Part shown: piece after piece, positions 55,701 through 64,000 of the stretch | Position numbering within the stretch: the first letter of the stretch is position 1 | Layout: every line of letters begins with the position of its first letter | Origin: Eledone cirrhosa | Lineage: Eukaryota | Assembly: GCA_964016885.1 (NCBI GenBank) | Contig: OZ024749.1 | Coordinates: 8,184,001-8,248,000, forward strand | Reading direction: 5' to 3' | Length of the DNA stretch: 64,000 bases | Program-made: the position numbers and the translations under genes | The notes under the pieces: generated by a model | The model's database searches: none | Told to the model about the DNA's origin: nothing | The model's input: only the letters and a program-made list of their open reading frames with translations

Positions 55701-58700
55701 CTTGACACTGTACTAAAGATCTTCTATTGACACTACTGAGACATACTTGACGCTGTACTAAAGATCTTCTGTTGGCACTACTGAGAGATACTTGACACTA
55801 TACTAAAGATCTTCTGTTGGCACTACTGAGAGATACTTGACACTGTACTAAAGATCTTCTATTGGCACTACTGAGAGATACTTGACACTGTACTAAAGAT
55901 CTTCTATTGGCACTACTGAGACATACTTGACACTGTACTAAAGATCTTCTGTTGGCACTACTGAGAGATACTTGATACTATACTAAAGATCTTCTGTTGG
56001 CACTACTGAGAGATACTTGACACTGTACTAAAGATCTTCTGTTGGCACTACTGAGAGATACTTGATACTATACTAAAGATCTTCTGTTGGCACTACTGAG
56101 AGATACTTGACGCTGTACTAAAGATCTTCTGTTGGCACTACTGAGAGATACTTGACACTATACTAAAGATCTTCTGTTGGCACTACTGAGAGATACTTGA
56201 CACTGTACTAAAGATCTTCTATTGGCACTACTGAGACATACTTGACACTGTACTAAAGATCTTCTGTTGGCACTACTGAGAGATACTTGATACTATACTA
56301 AAGATCTTCTGTTGGCACTACTGAGAGATACTTGACACTGTACTAAAGATCTTCTGTTGGCACTACTGAGACATACTTGACACTGTACTAAAGATCTTCT
56401 ATTGGCTCTACTGAGACATACTTGACACTGTACTAAAGATCTTCTGTTGGCACTACTGAGACATACTTGACACTATACTAAAGATCTTCTATTGGCTCTA
56501 CTGAGACATACTTGACACTGTACTAAAGATCTTCTATTGGCTCTACTGAGACATACTTGACACTATACTAAAAATCTTCTATTGGCACTACTGAGACATA
56601 CTTGACACTGTACTAAAGATCTTCTATTGGCCCTACTGAGAGATACTTGATACTATACTAAAGATCTTCTGTTGGCACTACTGAGAGATACTTGACACTG
56701 TACTAAAGATCTTCTATTGGCACTACTGAGAGATACTTGACACTGTACTAAAGATCTTCTATTGGCACTACTGAGACATACTTGACACTGTACTAAAGAT
56801 CTTCTATTGGCTCTACTGAGACATACTTGACACTATACTAAAGATCTTCTGTTGGCACTACTGAGAGATACTTGACACTATACTAAAGATCTTCTGTTGG
56901 CACTACTGAGAGATACTTGACACTGTACTAAAGATCTTCTATTGACACTACTGAGAGATACTTGACACTATACTATAGATCTTCTGTTGACACTACTGAG
57001 AGATACTTGCCACTGTACTAAAGATCTTCTGTTGACACTACTGAGAGATACCTGACACTGTACTAAAGATCTTCTATTGACACTACTGAGAGATACTTGA
57101 CACTATAATATAGATCTTCTGTTGACACTACTGAGAGATACTTGCCACTGTACTAAAGATCTTCTATTGACACTACTGAGAGATACTTGCCACTGTACTA
57201 AAGATCTTCTGTTGGCACTACTGAGAGATACTTGACACTATACTAAAGATCTTCTGTTGGCACTACTGAGAGATACTTGACACTGTACTATAGATCTTCT
57301 GTTGACACTACTGAGAGATACTTGCCACTGTACTAAAGATCTTCTATTGACACTACTGAGAGATACTTGCCACTGTACTAAAGATCTTCTATTGACACTA
57401 CTGAGAGATACTTGCCACTGTACTAAAGATCTTCTGTTGGCACTCCTGAGAGATACTTGACACTGTACTAAAGATCTTCTGTTGGCACTCCTGAGAGATA
57501 CTTGCCACTGTACTAAAGATCTTCTGTTGGCACTACTGAGAGATACTTGACACTATACTAAAGATCTTCTGTTGGCACTACTGAGAGATACTTGACACTG
57601 TACTATAGATCTTCTGTTGACACTACTGAGAGATACTTGCCACTGTACTAAAGATCTTCTATTGGCACTACTGAGAGATACTTGACACTGTACTAAAGAT
57701 CTTCTGTTGGCACTACTGAGAGATACTTGACACTGTACTAAAGATCTTCTATTGGCACTACTGAGAGATAATTGACACTGTACTAAAGATCTTCTATTGG
57801 CTCTACTGAGACATACTTGACACTGTACTAAAGATCTTCTGTTGGCACTACTGAGAGATACTTGATACTATACTAAAGATCTTCTGTTGACACTACTGAG
57901 AGATACTTGACACTGTACTAAAGATCTTCTGTTGACACTACTGAGAGATACTTGATACTATACTAAAGATCTTCTGTTGGCACTACTGAGAGATACTTGA
58001 CACTGTACTAAAGATCTTCTATTGGCACTACTGAGAGATACTTGACACTGTACTAAAGATCTTCTATTGGCACTACTGAGAGATACTTGACACTGTACTA
58101 AAGATCTTCTATTGGCTCTACTGAGACATACTTGACACTATACTAAAGATCTTCTGTTGGCACTACTGAGAGATACTTGACACTGTACAAAAGATCTTCT
58201 ATTGGCTCTACTGAGACATACTTGACACTGTACTAAAGATCTTCTATTGGCTCTACTGAGACATACTTGACACTATACTAAAGATCTTCTATTGGCTCTA
58301 CTGAGACATACTTGACACTATACTAAAGATCTTCTGTTGGCACTACTGAGAGATACTTGACACTATACTAAAGATCTTCTGTTGGCACTACTGAGACATA
58401 CTTGACACTATACTAAAGATCTTCTGTTGGCACTACTGAGAGATACTTGACACTATACTAAAGATCTTCTGTTGGCACTACTGAGAGATACTTGACACTG
58501 TACTAAAGATCTTCTATTGGCACTACTGAGAGATACTTGACACTGCACTAAAGTACTTCTGTTGGCACTACTGAGACATACTTGACACTATACTAAAGAT
58601 CTTCTATTGGCTCTACTGAGACATACTTGACACTATACTAAAGATCTTCTGTTGGCACTACTGAGACATACTTGACACTGTACTAAAGATCTTCTGTTGG

Positions 58701-61700
58701 CACTACTGAGAGATACTTGACACTGTACTAAAGATCTTCTGTTGGCACTACTGAGAGATACTTGACACTGTACTAAAGATCTTCTATTGGCACTACTGAG
58801 AGATACTTGACACTATACTAAAGATCTTCTGTTGGCACTACTGAGAGATACTTGACACTGTACTAAAGATCTTCTATTGGCACTACTGAGAGATACTTGA
58901 CACTATACTAAAGATCTTCTGTTGGCACTACTGAGAGATACTTGACACTGTACTAAAGATCTTCTATTGGCACTACTGAGAGATACTTGACACTGTACTA
59001 AAGATCTTCTATTGGCTCTACTGAGACATACTTGACACTATACTAAAGATCTTCTATTGGCTCTACTGAGACATACTTGACACTATACTAAAGATCTTCT
59101 GTTGGCACTACTGAGAGATACTTGACACTGTACTAAAGATCTTCTATTGGCACTACTGAGAGATACTTGACACTGTACTAAAGATCTTCTATTGGCACTA
59201 CTGAGAGATACTTGACACTGTACTAAAGATCTTCTATTGGCTCTACTGAGACATACTTGACACTATACTAAAGATCTTCTGTTGGCACTACTGAGAGATA
59301 CTTGACACTGTACAAAAGATCTTCTATTGGCTCTACTGAGAGATACTTGACACTATACTAAAGATCTTCTGTTGGCACTAGTGAGAGATACTTGATACTA
59401 TACTAAAGATCTTCTGTTGGCACTAGTGAGAGATACTTGATACTATACTAAAGATCTTCTGTTGGCACTAGTGAGAGATACTTGACACTATACTAAAGAT
59501 CTTCTGTTGGCACTACTGAGAGATACTTGATACTATACTAAAGATCTTCTGTTGGCACTAGTGAGAGATACTTGACACTATACTAAAGATCTTCTGTTGG
59601 CACTACTGAGAGATACTTGATACTATACTAAAGATCTTCTGTTGGCACTAGTGAGAGATACTTGACACTATACTAAAGATCTTCTGTTGGCACTACTGAG
59701 AGATACTTGCCACTGTACTAAAGATCTTCTGTTGGCACTACTGAGACATACTTGACACTGTACTAAAGATCTTCTGTTGGCACTACTGAGACATACTTGA
59801 CACTGTACTAAAGATCTTCTATTGGCTCTACTGAGACATACTTGACACTGTACTAAAGATCTTCTGTTGGCACTACTGAGACATACTTGACACTGTACTA
59901 AAGATCTTCTATTGGCTCTACTGAGACATACTTGACACTGTACTAAAGATCTTCTGTTGGCACTACTGAGAGATACTTGACACTATACTAAAGATCTTCT
60001 GTTGACACTACTGATTGATACTTGACACTATACTAATGATCTTCTGTTGGCACTACTGAGAGATACTTGACACTATACTAAAGATCTTCTGTTGGCCCTA
60101 CTGAGAGATACTTGACACTGTACTAAAGATCTTCTGTTGGCACTACTGAGAGATACTTGACACTGTACTAAAGATCTTCTATTGACACTACTGAGAGATA
60201 CTTGACACTATACTATAGATCTTCTGTTGACACTACTGAGAGATACTTGACACTGTACTAAAGATGTTCTATTGACACTACTGAGAGATACTTGACACTA
60301 TACTATAGATCTTCTGTTGACACTACTGAGAGATACTTGCCACTGTACTAAAGATCTTCTATTGACACTACTGAGAGATACTTGCCACTGTACTAAAGAT
60401 CTTCTGTTGGCACTACTGAGAGATACTTGACACTATACTAAAGATCTTCTGTTGGCACGACTGAGAGATACTTGACACTATACTAAAGAACTTCTGTTGG
60501 CCCTACTGAGAGATACTTGACACTATACTAAAGATCTTCTGTTGATACTACTGAGAGATACTTGCCACTATACAAAAGATCTTCTGTTGGCCCTACTGTG
60601 AGATACTTGACACTGTACTAAAGATCTTCTGTTGGCACTACTGAGAGATACTTGACACTGTACTAAAGATCTTCTATTGACACTACTGAGAGATACTTGA
60701 CACTATACTAAAGATCTTCTATTGACACTACTGAGAGATACTTGACACTATACTAAAGATCTTCTATTGGCACTACTGAGACATAATTGACACTATACTA
60801 AATATCTTCTGTTGGCCCTACTGAGAGATACTTGACACTGTACTAAAGATCTTCTGTTGGCACTACTGAGAGATACTTGACACTGTACTAAAGATCTTCT
60901 ATTGACACTACTGAGAGATACTTGACACTATACTATAGATCTTCTGTTGACACTACTGAGAGATACTTGCCACTGTACTAAAGATCTTCTATTGACACTA
61001 CTGAGAGATACTTGCCACTGTACTAAAGATCTTCTGTTGGCACTACTGAGAGATACTTGACACTATACTAAAGATCTTCTGTTGGCACTACTGAGAGATA
61101 CTTGACACTGTACTAAAGATCTTCTGTTGACACTAGTGAGAGATACTTGACACTATACTAAAGATCTTCTGTTGGCACTACTGAGAGATACTTGACACTA
61201 TACTAAAGATCTTCTATTGGCACTACTGAGAGATACTTGACACTATACTAAAGATCTTCTGTTGGCCCTACTGAGAGATACTTGACACTGTACAAAAGAT
61301 CTTCTGTTGGCACTACTGAGAGATACTTGACACTGTACTAAAGATCTTCTATTGACACTACTGAGAGATACTTGACACTATACTATAGATCTTCTGTTGA
61401 CACTACTGAGAGATACTTGCCACTGTACTAAAGATCTTCTGTTGACACTACTGAGAGATACTTGACACTGTACTAAATATCTTCTATTGGCTCTACTGAG
61501 ACATACTTGACACTGTACTAAAGATCTTCTGTTGGCTCTACTGAGACATACTTGACACTGTACTAAAGATCTTCTATTGGCTCTACTGAGACATACTTGA
61601 CACTGTACTAAAGATCTTCTGTTGGCACTACTGAGAGATACTTGACACTATACTAAAGATCTTCTGTTGACACTACTGAGAGATACTTGACACTGTACTA

Positions 61701-64000
61701 AAGATCTTCTATTGACACTACTGAGAGATACTTGACACTATACTATAGATCTTCTGTTGACACTACTGAGAGATACTTGCCACTGTACTAAAGATCTTCT
61801 GTTGACACTACTGAGAGATACTTGACACTGTACTAAAGATCTTCTATTGACACTACTGAGAGATACTTGACACTATACTATAGATCTTCTATTGACACTA
61901 CTGAGAGATACTTGCCACTGTACTAAAGATCTTCTATTGACACTACTGAGAGATACTTGCCACTGTACTAAAGATCTTCTGTTGGCACTACTGAGAGATA
62001 CTTGACACTATACTAAAGATCTTCTGTTGGCACTACTGAGAGATACTTGACACTATACTAAAGATCTTCTGTTGGCACTACTGAGAGATACTTGACACTA
62101 TACTAAAGATCTTCTGTTGGCACTACTGAGAGATACTTGACACTATACTAAAGAACTTCTGTTGGCCCTACTGAGAGATACTTGACACTATACTAAAGAT
62201 CTTCTGTTGATACTACTGAGAGATACTTGCCACTATACAAAAGATCTTCTGTTGGCCCTACTGTGAGATACTTGACACTGTACTAAAGATCTTCTGTTGG
62301 CACTACTGAGAGATACTTGACACTGTACTAAAGATCTTCTATTGACACTACTGAGAGATACTTGACACTATACTAAAGATCTTCTATTGACACTACTGAG
62401 AGATACTTGACACTATACTAAAGATCTTCTATTGGCACTACTGAGACATAATTGACACTATACTAAATATCTTCTGTTGGCCCTACTGAGAGATACTTGA
62501 CACTGTACTAAAGATCTTCTGTTGGCACTACTGAGAGATACTTGACACTGTACTAAAGATCTTCTATTGACACTAGTGAGAGATACTTGACACTATACTA
62601 TAGATCTTCTGTTGACACTACTGAGAGATACTTGCCACTGTACTAAAGATCTTCTATTGACACTACTGAGAGATACTTGCCACTGTACTAAAGATCTTCT
62701 GTTGGCACTACTGAGAGATACTTGACACTATACTAAAGATCTTCTGTTGGCACTACTGAGAGATACTTGACACTGTACTAAAGATCTTCTGTTGACACTA
62801 GTGAGAGATACTTGACACTATACTAAAGATCTTCTGTTGGCACTACTGAGAGATACTTGACACTATACTAAAGATCTTCTATTGGCACTACTGAGAGATA
62901 CTTGACACTATACTAAAGATCTTCTGTTGGCCCTACTGAGAGATACTTGACACTGTACAAAAGATCTTCTGTTGGCACTACTGAGAGATACTTGACACTG
63001 TACTAAAGATCTTCTATTGACACTACTGAGAGATACTTGACACTATGCTATAGATCTTCTGTTGACACTACTGAGAGATACTTGCCACTGTACTAAAGAT
63101 CTTCTGTTGACAATACTGAGAGATACTTGACACTGTACTAAATATCTTCTATTGGCTCTACTGAGACATACTTGACACTGTACTAAAGATCTTCTGTTGG
63201 CTCTACTGAGACATACTTGACACTGTACTAAAGATCTTCTATTGGCTCTACTGAGACATACTTGACACTGTACTAAAGATCTTCTGTTGGCACTACTGAG
63301 AGATACTTGACACTATACTAAAGATCTTCTGTTGACACTACTGAGAGATACTTGACACTGTACTAAAGATCTTCTATTGACACTACTGAGAGATACTTGA
63401 CACTATACTATAGATCTTCTGTTGACACTACTGAGAGATACTTGCCACTGTACTAAAGATCTTCTGTTGACACTACTGAGAGATACTTGACACTGTACTA
63501 AAGATCTTCTATTGACACTACTGAGAGATACTTGACACTATACTATAGATCTTCTATTGACACTACTGAGAGATACTTGCCACTGTACTAAAGATCTTCT
63601 ATTGACACTACTGAGAGATACTTGCCACTGTACTAAAGATCTTCTGTTGGCACTACTGAGAGATACTTGACACTATACTAAAGATCTTCTGTTGGCACTA
63701 CTGAGAGATACTTGACACTATACTAAAGATCTTCTGTTGGCACTACTGAGAGATACTTGACACTATACTAAAGATCTTCTGTTGGCACTACTGAGAGATA
63801 CTTGACACTATACTAAAGATCTTCTGTTGGCACTACTGAGAGATACTTGCCACTATACTAAAGATCTTCTGTTGGCACTACTGAGAGATACTTGACACTG
63901 TGCTAAAGAACTTCTATTGGCTCTACTGAGACATACTTGACACTGTACTAAAGATCTTCTATTGGCTCTACTGAGACATACTTGACACTGTACTAAAGAT
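40765..64000. repeat. 45-bp satellite DNA array, ~510 copies, running off the right edge
   Basis: Consensus GATCTTCTGTTGGCACTACTGAGAGATACTTGACACT(A/G)TACTAAA; four units per 180 bp, in constant register from ~41200 to the end; degenerate units at 40765-41180. Confidence 0.98.

Overview
AT-rich eukaryotic repeat-dominated DNA; the SINE types and (TA)n density suggest a cephalopod (Octopus-like) genome, which is an inference. No intact host gene is evident. Positions 1-40.7 kb are a mosaic of (TA)n/(CA)n microsatellites, minisatellites, tRNA-headed SINEs, two decayed RTE-clade LINEs plus RTE fragments, and the 5' end of a Penelope-like element (PLE). The PLE has an ORF running off the left edge and a ~630-bp inverted pLTR. 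Positions 40.8-64 kb are a 45-bp satellite array with no net indel drift and internal higher-order duplications. The most notable pattern is at least six unrelated short element families sharing one architecture: (TA)n - short inverted arm - turn - long arm - (TA)n, with family-specific fixed arm end points. Four of these families carry minimal hammerhead-ribozyme-like folds, two with non-canonical cores. All folds, alignments and coordinates were read by eye; boundaries are approximate and no ribozyme activity is demonstrated.
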